A stretch of DNA of 63,888 nt, filler included, from Corallochytrium limacisporum Hawaii (Eukaryota > Protista > Pluriformea), in NCBI GenBank assembly GCA_002811645.1. It is 7 parts of 7 records of this genome, joined end to end, with 100 filler letters (N's around TTAATTAATTAA, not from the genome) between each part and the next. Parts side by side here need not be neighbours in the genome. Positions count along the whole stretch, not along the records: positions 11,149 to 33,359 come from PDIP01000102.1; 6 more parts are not named here. One strand, 5' to 3'. Shown here one piece after another: positions 11,231 to 21,557 of this stretch. Every line of letters begins with the position of its first letter. The first letter of the stretch is position 1. Position numbers and translations under genes: made by a program. The notes beneath the pieces are model-generated. The model was given only the letters and a program-made list of their open reading frames with translations. It made no database searches and was not told the DNA's origin.

Positions 11231-14180
11231 CGTTCTTGGCCATTAATTTAAAACGCTTGAGAGTGACAGAGAGTGGGGGAGAGGATCCGCCCAGGGGATT
11301 TCCAGCTTACGTGTTATTAACCATGAAAGCACAGTTACTTTCCCAGGTGACAGTTTTGTGCCATTGTGAAGGAAAGACTTTTGGAACGCTAAACTTCGGC
11401 GCGACTCGGGTGGGTACAAAACCTGTGGCCAAGAGTGCGCAAAAATATACCACCAATGTGATTTCAATATGACTCTTTGATATGAGAGTCTGATTGGTGG
11501 AATTACCATATTTTCCCTACCCCATCCAACTAAAATGTATCATGGTGTCATACACATTTGCGCTACAGACCACGAATTGTCCGTTTGTTTTGTTTGTTTC
11601 AAAATTGCGCACTCTTTATTGTTGGACAGAGGTGTGGTATTTTGATTATACCACATAGAGGACATCTGCGGTTGGAGTGGTCCCTGCAGTCGATCGCGGG
11701 ATAACTGCTCTAAGTCAGGCACCTTGCCGTCTTGCCTAACCTAACCCTCGCATGGCTCTGAAGATATCCGGCCTGAAGTCATGCGTGGAATCAAAGATTA
11801 GGTCACAGTTGAGAAAGGATGCGGAGTGAAACATTCCTCCTGAGCTCACATTGCCAGCAATTAGGTACGGTATCAGCATTAGGGTCACACTTTATATGGA
11901 GATTTTTGCGTGACCAGTATTTTCCTCCTTGGCACTTTACTTTGGGTGCAAGCGATGGGAGTGGGCGACACCGGGGAATTTTGAAAAGTTTTGCCGGTCG
12001 AAGGTAAGCTTTGTGCGTGACGGGGTTGTGGGGGGGGGGGAGAACTGGGGTAAGCTCCAGAATCCAATCTCGCTAAAACTGTCTTGTCCGGAATGATCAC
12101 ACAGCGCATACTTTGGTACCACCTTCTATCGGGATTTAAATCCCTAGGAAGCGCAAACAGTCTAGTGCTATTGCACGGGTTTTTGATGTTCAATTAGATC
12201 TATCTTGTACTGAAAAGGAAGACTTGCGTTTCGAAAGGAAACCCGCAAGTCTGGTTCGTCTCCCCGGAAAGGAAGACAGAGGCTGGAGTGCTGCGGTGAT
12301 CGAGTTAAGAAATTGGCTTCAGGTTCCCACAGAGATTCCATTGCTAGTGGCATGGCCGACGATGGTAAGATCATGTGCAAAGTTGCTTTAGTGAGAGAAT
12401 GATCTACCAAGTGCCGCATGGCTACCGCAAAAGTCAAGCTCTCCAGTGCGCCACTGGGGCCACGAATGTGGTCCCTCGTCATACCGTCTGATATTGACAC
12501 GCATCAACAAGGCCCACCCGGGCAGTATTAGGCCACGTAGCGAACGCCTACGCTGTATTTTTCATGGGTCACTTTCTATGGTAAATAGGACACATGGCAC
12601 ATGGATTCAAAAGATTGATGACCGCAATAGGAAGAGAGGATTTCCTGTAATACTTTCCAAATGGCTAACATCGGGAAGGCTTCATCGTTGCAGACAGCCC
12701 GTGTCCCTCCTCTTACACATGAGGTCCAGCGTACAGCAGCTTCCGCATGGAATACAACATGACCACCGTAGACGGGAAGCCTGTCCTGTTTGCGGCGATC
12801 CTTAGTGGACCATAAACAGCCACCTATCCTAAGTAATAGTCGCATGAGCCGCAGGTAGCAGCCATGCTAGATTTTGTCGTCATCTATGCGGTCACATCAA
12901 CGCCACGAAGACCTCATATCCAGTTATGTTGAGAATGCTAAAGGGACGTACCACGCAACGCCACCAGCGGCGTAGGTTGTTTCCTTCCGATATCTACGAA
13001 CCAAATCCTTTCACTGTCCGCGTCACAGCACTTTCGGGTCTGTCTTGGAAACGAAGAGAAAAAGAATTCTAAAAAAAAAACATTATGGATGGAGATGGCA
13101 CTTGCTTTTCCTACCCCCAGGCAGTGCTTATTTTTTGCCTCACGGGGGGATCCGTTGGGCAACCCCCCCCCCCNNNNNNNNNNNNNNNNNNNNNNNNNNN
13201 NNNNNNNNNNNNNNNNNNNNNNNNNNNNNNNNNNNNNNNNNNNNNNNNNNNNNNNNNNNNNNNNNNNNNNNNNNNNNNNNNNNNNNNNNNNNNNNNNNNN
13301 NNNNNNNNNNNNNNNNNNNNNNNNNNNNNNNNNNNNNNNNNNNNNNNNNNNNNNNNNNNNNNNNNNNNNNNNNNNNNNNNNNNNNNNNNNNNNNNNNNNN
13401 NNNNNNNNNNNNNNNNNTTTGCCCCCCGGGGGGATTCGTTGGGCAACCCCCCCCCCCCCCACCCCCCATCATTCATTCTTCCGGTGGTACCAACTACCTG
13501 GTCGCCTTGCACCACTAACACTTTCAATCCACAAAGCAAACCCTTCGCCACCTTGGGGTGGGAAGGGGGGGTCCGTTCACAATCGAGACACCAAGGGGAA
13601 CCGTCGGTGCGATCGGGTACACCGATCCGCTGAAAAAGGCTGGTTGTCTAGGGCGGACACAGTAACAGGGCAGCATTCCCGGATAAAGAAATCACACCAC
13701 AGAAATTGTGCCGGATCTAATCTATCGAGAGGTCCATTCTGTCCCCCCTCCCGGGGGAAGGGGTTCTATGCTTTTCAACCAGCGGGGTAAGGGGTTCTCA
13801 GCCAAGAACGCTTTCTTTGTGGTTCGTCATAGCTTTTTGACTGGTGTTGATCTCTCTATTGAGATTGCCATGTTAATATCGGTAGCATATTTCGAGTGTA
13901 TAATAGGACTCCGTGCATAAGGTTTTTACAGTCCGGTGTAGAGTGCTTATTAGCACCGCACGCGGAGAGGGTTGAGTTCCGGGATACCCAGATTAATGGG
14001 GAGAGCTGTCACTGAAGGAGAAGATGCAGTTTAATTAACATACGGACGGGTGATACCTCCGGCAAACACCAAATGCAGGGTATGCGAAAACGGACTTACC
14101 GAGTCCTCTTCTCGACAATGGCACGGAATTGACCAGTCCGTGGGCGAACGGGTTGGGGTGGTGTCGATTTTGCTCAATCA

Positions 14181-15026
14181 TTACAGACGAGAGCCGGGCA
14201 TGCCACCGCCATCGATGGGAATAAGAGCACCGGTGATCCACGCTCCTGCTGGCGAGCATAGATACAGTGCGGCACCCGCCATATCTCCTGGGCGTCCCAC
14301 GCGTCCAAGCAGGTGGCTCTTCTCAATTTGCTCCGGTTCGGCGTAAGTCAGGAGCTGGTCGCCCATCTTCGAGGGCACCAGACCGGGACAGATTGCATTG
14401 CAAGTGATTCCATGCGCACGGTGGCCTAGGTCAGTTGCCAGCTTCAGAGTCAGGCTATTGACAGCGGCCTTGGAAGGATCGTAGGACCAGGCAGGCGCGC
14501 TCTGGGGCTTAAGTCCGGCGACGGAGGAGATGTTGATGACGCGAGCAGGATCGGAGGGCTTTGATCCCTTTTCCAGCAAAGGGAGGGCCTCGGCAGTGAG
14601 GTAGAATACAGTCTTCACGTTCAGATCCATTACACGGTCCCATCCCTTCTCGGGGAAATCATCAATGGGTGCACCCCAGGTGTAACCTGAGTTGTTGATC
14701 AGAACGTGCATCTCACTTTCGTGCTTTTTGTACTCGGCAATCAGATTCTTACACTGTTCGACCGAGCTCAGATCAGCAGCAATGGCGTAGCACTTTCCGG
14801 GACCGACCTTGGTGAGGCGGGCAGCCTCCTCTTCAATCACATCCTTGGACCGAGAACTAATGTACACCGTCGCACCGTTCTTGACAAAGCCTGCAGCCAT
14901 GTACAACCCGATACCACGGCCACCACCAGTCACCAGCACTTTCTTTCCGGAGACATTAAAGAGGTTCTCTTGTTTGAGCTCGTCCCACTGGCCGTCGGTT
15001 TTGAGTCCCCAAGTTCGCTTACCCAT
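14181..15026 (-). CDS. Short-chain dehydrogenase/reductase (RhlG-like), peroxisomal (PTS1 -SRL)
   Basis: TGGGRGIG Rossmann motif, INNSG, S...YxxSK catalytic motif (SYDPSK), C-terminal SRL. Likely start MGKRTW at 15026; the upstream ORF extension looks non-coding. Confidence 0.9.
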   Translation of the reverse strand: MGKRTWGLKTDGQWDELKQENLFNVSGKKVLVTGGGRGIGLYMAAGFVKNGATVYISSRSKDVIEEEAARLTKVGPGKCYAIAADLSSVEQCKNLIAEYKKHESEMHVLINNSGYTWGAPIDDFPEKGWDRVMDLNVKTVFYLTAEALPLLEKGSKPSDPARVINISSVAGLKPQSAPAWSYDPSKAAVNSLTLKLATDLGHRAHGITCNAICPGLVPSKMGDQLLTYAEPEQIEKSHLLGRVGRPGDMAGAALYLCSPAGAWITGALIPIDGGGMPGSRL

Positions 15027-15653
15027 TGTTATGTATGTGTAGAAAATAAATGATCTATTTATAGCAAGATCCAGTACTTCAACATAGACTCGGTGAGTTA
15101 TTCCAAACTTGACTTGATCCCATTCATATACCTGGCACCCAAAAGAATCAGCTTCTGCCATGTTATGCGTGCCATACACGCTTGCGAGTGCACGGCGCGG
15201 TGCTATCTTTAGAGAATACCGACACCAGACAAACCCAGGGCGGGCCCTCGCTGTCGTAGGCGTTCTACACAGTCAAAGGTCTTCGATCCTTCCTGGCCGA
15301 GGATTGAACGTTTTTCGATCAAATTCAGTATATTCACTACTGGGATCACTCCATCAGCCCACCAGCAGCTGACGAATTCTGATTATTTTTTTACCAGAGA
15401 GGGCGATTTACTTTTTTATGTTTCCTCATGGTCCTCGACCGGCATACCTCCGGAGGGAGAAACATGCCTCTTTGGGCATACAAACTCCGTCGCTGGTCAG
15501 GTGTTTAAACACGGCTTCAACTATGTATTTGATCATGGTCAAGACCAATTGTAAGTATGTTTTAAAGAATCACCGTGTTGGTGGCGGTTGTTTGGTGCGA
15601 CAGAAGCTCCATAGGCAACCTTTGAGTCGTGGCCCATAATTAGTTTTGCGACG

Positions 15654-16538
15654 ATGGACCGGAGAATAGAAGCCCTGGTGGCCAATATTGCTGCTTTGAA
15701 TATTCCTACGGAAGAGCTTAAACTGGAAACTTTGGATTCTGATACACAGCACTTCATGTCAGAGGCTTGGGCCACAGCAGTACAGTCAATATCCCAACAG
15801 CTTTGCAAACAACTCAACCTCGATGATGACATCCCTAAACAGAGCCTTTACGAAGATGATGAAGCGGCGGCACTGATGGAGCTTCGAAGCTTTATGGCAC
15901 AATTCCCATCTCACTACCTAAGTGTCATTTTAAATCAGGAGTCAACTGCTGGCGGCCGGTATCCAGTTGAGCACAAAGTGACAATCATTGAGTACCTGGT
16001 AGTGCAGCTGCAGGCAGCACACATGAAGGCATGGCAGTCCCAGCAGAGTGCTGTGTCGTCAGGAAACTTGAAAACTTCTGTACAAGCACTGTTCTCAGAG
16101 ATCAGCGGTGAGAGTCGATTGGAAGATCTGTCCGCGGAGTCTTTGAATGTCCTTGCAGGTCAGTCGGCGTTGGTGAATAAGGTACAGCAGCTTAACAACG
16201 TGGATCCCATACTGATCGCACAGCCACTCACTGAACCTGAGCTGTCTGAGCTGGAACACATTAATAATATGCTAAGGGCCGACTACGGCACGCGATCACA
16301 GCTACTGACTACCCGTTTAGATGCCACAGTACAATCTTTCCTTAAGAGCCCAAAATTGAATCATGACAAGGCCCACGAACTCCGCAATGCGGCAATGGAA
16401 CGCAAACAGTCCCTAATGACGGAAACGAGCGTAAAGATTACCGACGCGCTGGTGGCCCGTACCAGCATACTGCAGAATCAGGCAGCACAGAATACTACAA
16501 AACACAGGAAGACGCCCAAGGTGGTAACCACCAAGTAG
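15654..16538 (+). CDS. FAM98: FAM98 family protein (DUF2465), short form lacking RGG tail
   Basis: LEHINNMLRADYGTRSQLLTTRLDATVQSFLKS matches the FAM98 signature (IN..L..EY..RR..L..RLDVTVQSF.WS); IIEYLVVQLQAA and LVAR motifs also fit. Confidence 0.75.
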   Translation: MDRRIEALVANIAALNIPTEELKLETLDSDTQHFMSEAWATAVQSISQQLCKQLNLDDDIPKQSLYEDDEAAALMELRSFMAQFPSHYLSVILNQESTAGGRYPVEHKVTIIEYLVVQLQAAHMKAWQSQQSAVSSGNLKTSVQALFSEISGESRLEDLSAESLNVLAGQSALVNKVQQLNNVDPILIAQPLTEPELSELEHINNMLRADYGTRSQLLTTRLDATVQSFLKSPKLNHDKAHELRNAAMERKQSLMTETSVKITDALVARTSILQNQAAQNTTKHRKTPKVVTTK

Positions 16539-17538
16539 ACACTTGTCTGCGCCATCAATACACATACACATGCATCGTAGGTCAATATGACACCAAAGAA
16601 GCTGGGAAAGTCACTCACGCAGTTCTGGTACATCCAGAGGTTTCTGGTCCGATCGGTGTATGAAAGTCTGGCTGTTGATTCATGGCGATCGCTAGTCATT
16701 TCCCATTGATCCCCCTTGCCTGTTGGCCACCGGCACCAAATGACGGCGACTCCCCCCTTCCCTACGCTCCGTTTCGCCCGGGAAACGGGACCGATGGCCA
16801 ATCGTTTTCCTTCTCCGTTTGGGCCGATGGCGGCCAATCTCTCCCTCTTCCCCGCTCGCCCCTCCCAAACCCGCTGTAGCTTTGTACTGTGTTGTGAGTC
16901 TGCAAGTCGAAGGCCCCTTTCGGTCTCGGGTTTCTGTCTGGCGGAAAGTCATGAAAGACTGGGGAAATTCACGCGGGTCTCCGGCGAAAACGTGAACACG
17001 AGATTCAAAAAAACCGCGAACTTCGGGTGGGGGGGGGGGAGTTATGTTTCTTCTCCCCATAGAATCCCGACCCCGCTTGCAGCTGGCACCACGCTCTGGG
17101 AGGTTTCCATTTTTTTTTTCGATGTCTTCTGGCTTGGCAGTACGAAATGTTCTTCTTCCACACCTCCCGCTGTGCTTGGGGTTCTCCACTACTCGCGGTT
17201 CCTAGGCTCAACGGGGCCAAAAAAAAAAAAAAACGAAAACCGTGGACGGGGTCTCAGGACGATCGTCTCTGCCGTATCTCCGCCTGGCAGTGTTTATGAA
17301 AAGACGCGCTCCTTTTGATCATGGAGTTTCTGAAAGGGTATGAGAAGAAATAAATTGCTGGAAAGTATACATGTGCATGTAGACCATTATATATGATTGC
17401 TCAGAAGAGATCAGGAAGACCAATAGAACGGAGCTCTTAGTTGTGCCTGACTCATTTGGGAAGGGAGCCAACCATGATGGTCAACACGAACACATGACAT
17501 ACCAAGGAAAGTAATCGACTGATAGTAGCAGAAATACA

Positions 17539-18855
17539 ATGTACTTACCACGTTCACCGAAGCGGGCTGCCGCTATTATACGGGATAGACAGGTGCTGAG
17601 CGTGGTAGAAGAAACAGCCAAACTTCGAAAGAAGGAAATCTCAATGGACGAGAGAGAAATTATGAATCTTGTAGAGAAACTCAAGTTATTGTCAGAGGAC
17701 CAGTCGGCACAGGTGCTGAAACATGCCATTGGCAACGATTGCGGAATTGATGACATGATTTACAACGAATGCGTCCGGGCAAGTAAGGCTCGGCTCGACG
17801 AAAACGGCAAAGTTCTCCCGGAAGTCGAATCTAAGTCTGGTGACAGCTTGGTCCTGCCAGAAGGTGGTTATGTCAAATGTCGTGATCCCAGTGATCTGCA
17901 GCGGGACTATGACCAGGTTGAACGAGATCTGAGTCGGACTTGGGTCGGAAACAGCTACATCGGTGACTTCGAGGCCGAGGAAGGTGCGTACACTCCAGAC
18001 CTTGCACCGGAGCAGATTCTTCGTGCACGGGTCAGGGAACTGCTTCGGGCATTCTCTTACTATTCTCCCATGGGTTATGTACAGGGCATGAATCAAATCG
18101 CGGCTCTACTCTGTCGCCACCTGGATCAACTGGATGCGTTTGTGCTTATGGTCAATCTGCTCGACGGGCACACAGCTTTCCAGCATATTTCCTTACAACA
18201 CCTGTGGCGACCGATTCGACAGAATGCGCCGTCGAGTCCTGGATTGCATGCTCGCAACCGCAAAGTACCACACTGCCAGCCGAGTGCAAGCAACAGTTGC
18301 CAGCGGCACAGCAACGCTGGCGGAGCTTGCCCGCCGAGCCCAAAACTGTCACCGCGTTCGAAACAGGGCCGGAGGCTATCTTTGGTTAGTCAGTGCTACT
18401 CTATGAACGGTGAAGCCATTGAATTCTACTTCCATGTCTTTGAGAGTGTGCTGGAAAGTAAACTGCCGTCCCTGTACAGTCGGATGGTTGTGCACGACAT
18501 CAGTCCCATGCAGTATCTGCTGCGGTGGATCCTCACGCTGTTCACGACAGCACTGCCATCAGAATGGGTAGTACTGGATATTTGGAAGGGTTATGCAATT
18601 CTGGGCGACGTAATGCTGATCCGTACGGCACTGGCTATCTTGGATCTACTGAGCGATAAAATTCTTGAGGCGGAGCCGGAGGACATTCTTCAGATCCTCC
18701 AGGAGCGTCCAAAGCAGCTCAAGGCCGGGGACATCTCTAAGCTGGCCTGGCAGAGCGACCTACAAAGCGACATGTGGTACTACATGGTCGAACGAGAGCA
18801 GATCCGCAGTGACCTCTCTCCGGGAGCCAAGGAAATGGAGAAGGAACTTGAGTAA
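17539..18855 (+). CDS. TBC-domain Rab GTPase-activating protein, TBC1D12/14-like
   Basis: QVERDLSRT (IxxDxxR arginine finger), GYVQGMNQIAA (YxQ glutamine finger), YLLRWILTLFTTALP...LDIW; AIGNDCGI..IYNECV..AS resembles TBC1D12/14. Confidence 0.88.
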   Translation: MYLPRSPKRAAAIIRDRQVLSVVEETAKLRKKEISMDEREIMNLVEKLKLLSEDQSAQVLKHAIGNDCGIDDMIYNECVRASKARLDENGKVLPEVESKSGDSLVLPEGGYVKCRDPSDLQRDYDQVERDLSRTWVGNSYIGDFEAEEGAYTPDLAPEQILRARVRELLRAFSYYSPMGYVQGMNQIAALLCRHLDQLDAFVLMVNLLDGHTAFQHISLQHLWRPIRQNAPSSPGLHARNRKVPHCQPSASNSCQRHSNAGGACPPSPKLSPRSKQGRRLSLVSQCYSMNGEAIEFYFHVFESVLESKLPSLYSRMVVHDISPMQYLLRWILTLFTTALPSEWVVLDIWKGYAILGDVMLIRTALAILDLLSDKILEAEPEDILQILQERPKQLKAGDISKLAWQSDLQSDMWYYMVEREQIRSDLSPGAKEMEKELE

Positions 18856-19002
18856 GGCCTGTGGAGCACGGTAGAGTAGATGCACTAGCAAATAGTCAGC
18901 TGTAAGTGCAAGTAATCGTATAATAGTAGCATATAATGCAAAGTAAAGCATGTACAACATCTAAATAAAACAATACCAAGGGCTCGAACGACTTGTACAG
19001 TT

Positions 19003-19674
19003 TCAGATCAATTCGGCAGTGTCCTTGGGGCTGGCCCGCTTCCACATTTCCAACTTGCCATCCTTGTCAATGACGGCATGTGAGCGCAAAGTGCCCATCT
19101 TTCCAAAACGATTCTTGCCGTAGGCACCAAAAGCCTTGTGGACCTTGAAGTCCGGGTCACTGAGCAGATCGAAGACAAAGGATTTCTTTGTATGAAACTT
19201 CTTGAGCGCGGCAATGGGGTCCTTGCTAATGCCAAAGACCTTAACTTCATCGTTGCCCAGCGCCTTTAGCTTGTTATTGGCTTCAACACCTTGCACAGTG
19301 CATCCTGGTGTGTCGGCTTTAGGATAGAAGTAGATAACAACTTTCTTACCCTTGAAGGAAGCCAGGTCCACGTCCTGGTCGTCCTGGTTCTTTAGCACCA
19401 AAGACGGCACAAGTGATCCCGGTGCGAAGGACGCACTGGCGGGGGCGGGATCTTGCTCCTCTGTCTTCTTGGGAGGAGCCGCCTTCTTTTTCTTATCAGC
19501 AACGACTTTGTCCTTGAGGGTCCTTGTGACTTTGGCAGTTGTCTCCTGAGCAGGAGCAGCGGCAGGCTTACGAGCGCGCAAAGTGACCATGGTTGCGATG
19601 GTTCTCGAGTGTTGCTGACCAAGTGTACTGTGGACGTGTCTAATCGGCTTGAACTGTTGGTAAAGCCGAAGCAT
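19003..19674 (-). CDS. Peroxiredoxin Q / BCP (1-Cys type) with N-terminal extension
   Basis: VVIYFYPKADTPGCT, GISKD, FDLLSD, RSHAVID motifs; only one Cys in the protein; second in-frame ATG at 19590. Confidence 0.92.
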   Translation of the reverse strand: MLRLYQQFKPIRHVHSTLGQQHSRTIATMVTLRARKPAAAPAQETTAKVTRTLKDKVVADKKKKAAPPKKTEEQDPAPASASFAPGSLVPSLVLKNQDDQDVDLASFKGKKVVIYFYPKADTPGCTVQGVEANNKLKALGNDEVKVFGISKDPIAALKKFHTKKSFVFDLLSDPDFKVHKAFGAYGKNRFGKMGTLRSHAVIDKDGKLEMWKRASPKDTAELI

Positions 19675-19771
19675 AATTAGCTAAATAAACTTATTTATCT
19701 ATCGATATGAAACTCTCGGTCGTCCTCGGTCCGATGCACCAAATACCAGCATTCTCAGCCAGAACTATCGC

Positions 19772-19787
19772 ACCGTGACGTCACGGT
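19772..19787. promoter_or_regulatory. Perfect 16-bp palindrome containing a CRE/ATF site (TGACGTCA)
   Basis: ACCGTGACGTCACGGT ~100 bp upstream of the PrxQ start codon. Confidence 0.5.
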
Positions 19788-21557
19788 CCGTCCAGACGTC
19801 TCCAGTTCTCCTTGCAAGTTCTTAACCACGGCCCCCCTCCCCCCGGGGGAGGAGGGGCCCAAAAAAAAGCCAACAAAAAACAGCCCCGCTCCCCACCCCT
19901 TTTGTCCTGGAACGTGGAGAAATATTTGTGAATCGATAAAGCCCCCTACATTGACTATGCATCGGTGCGGTCCCCGTGGCGTTTGGGTCCCTGGTACACT
20001 CATGAGGGGAAGGCGGCGACACATACGGTTCTGGTAACCGACCGGTGAGTGCCATTTCGCTGCGTGGGGAAGGGGGCCCAACAGGGTTAGGACACACAAT
20101 AGGTTGCTGGGATAGGTCTTGGTTTCTCATGGTCCACTGTCTGGATAATGAATATATCCTCGTCAGAAGACGAGTGTGCTATTCTGCGACCTGTGCGCAA
20201 CAATGTCGCGGCTGTTCCGGGGTGGTAAGGGGTTCGGACGGTTGCGGTGCGACCCCAACGTCTACCCAGTCCCGCCCTCATTTGGGTGACAGATTGCAGA
20301 AGAGTGATTGCGTAGCCATATAAGAGGCGTTCTACTCTGTCCTGTCCTGTTCGTGCAACGAAAGGTGCATCAGGTGTCTGATCTTTCTGACGCTGCTTCC
20401 TAATGAGACTGTTACAAGACGAAATACACACGCATGGGGTTCTACTCTGTCAAACCGAGTCGCCAAATTCAGCGCTGCCCCAGGAAGTTATCGGCGAACC
20501 ACCAGTAATGCCGCCGCGTACGTCACGTACGGCACACGCACCTCCCACCCAGCGCACAGCAGCCGGTCGACCTGGTTGACAAAAAGTGCAACAAGCCACC
20601 GCAGCACCGCACCGCAGGCACTGAGCTCCTTACGCGGATACCATCCGTCCAATGGATTGTTCGGAGATGACATGAGTGGTGCTGATTCGGGTCTGTCCGA
20701 CTTCGTTACCATCAAGAGCCTGGACCGTTCCTCTAATGAGAGCGGTGAGGCAGATCTCTCCCACGGCTGTGCCACACCTCAAATTCAGAAGCAGAGGCAA
20801 TCCGTCAAGACTTCGGCGCACCCTTCGGTCAGATCAGTGGTGGTATGGCTACGAGCGGCATTACTGAGGTCCCTTTTGCCGGAAATGGATTGTGCTCATC
20901 GTTGCCTGTGCCTAAAGTGACGAGGGTGGCGTGGAGTGCTGCATCATCCGGCTCGCCACTGGCCCGCGTGTCGAAGCATCTGACGTACACGAGGCACCAA
21001 GAGAGTAGTGGAAGGTGTCAAGGTTAACAGAACTAAAGAAAAATTGTGACCTCCCTCCCTGTACACCGACATAGTCTCTCTGAGGCGATCTTGCCAACTC
21101 CACCCCACTGCCTCCGTCCGTCTTGCCCGGAACCATTTTTCGCGCCAAAAACTACTCCCACTCTGCGTCCTCAATGGGTCCCCCTGTTACCCAAAGCTTG
21201 TTTCTTTCCCCCTCCCCCCTTCCCCTTGTTTGGGAGTCCGTACGCAGACGAAGCGGCCATGTCAACTCACGCAGGAGGCCACGATCTTATCGCAAAGGCA
21301 AAAAGAGATCAAAGAGTGAACTGTACTCTTTCGAACAGCATAGGCACTCAAGGATTCACCTGTGAATTTTCATTCTTATGGTGTGGGATGATGTTCTGTT
21401 CTAAAGCTGCCATCAAACTGGTAGAAAGCAATAGAGAGAAGCAGCTAAGACTACTCGGGTAGTAGGTGTTGTTAAAGAAACGAAAGACATCATGTAAAGA
21501 TTTCGCAAGGTAAAAACTTTTCATGTAATACAAGACACCAGAACCAACTTAGACACC

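Noticed and set aside
13130-13460. Near-identical ~40-bp direct repeat flanking the 13174-13417 gap
   Set aside because: Most simply overlapping contig ends with homopolymer errors.
20488-20920. Overlapping short ORFs between PrxQ and the GCP6-like gene
   Set aside because: No domain or start-context support.
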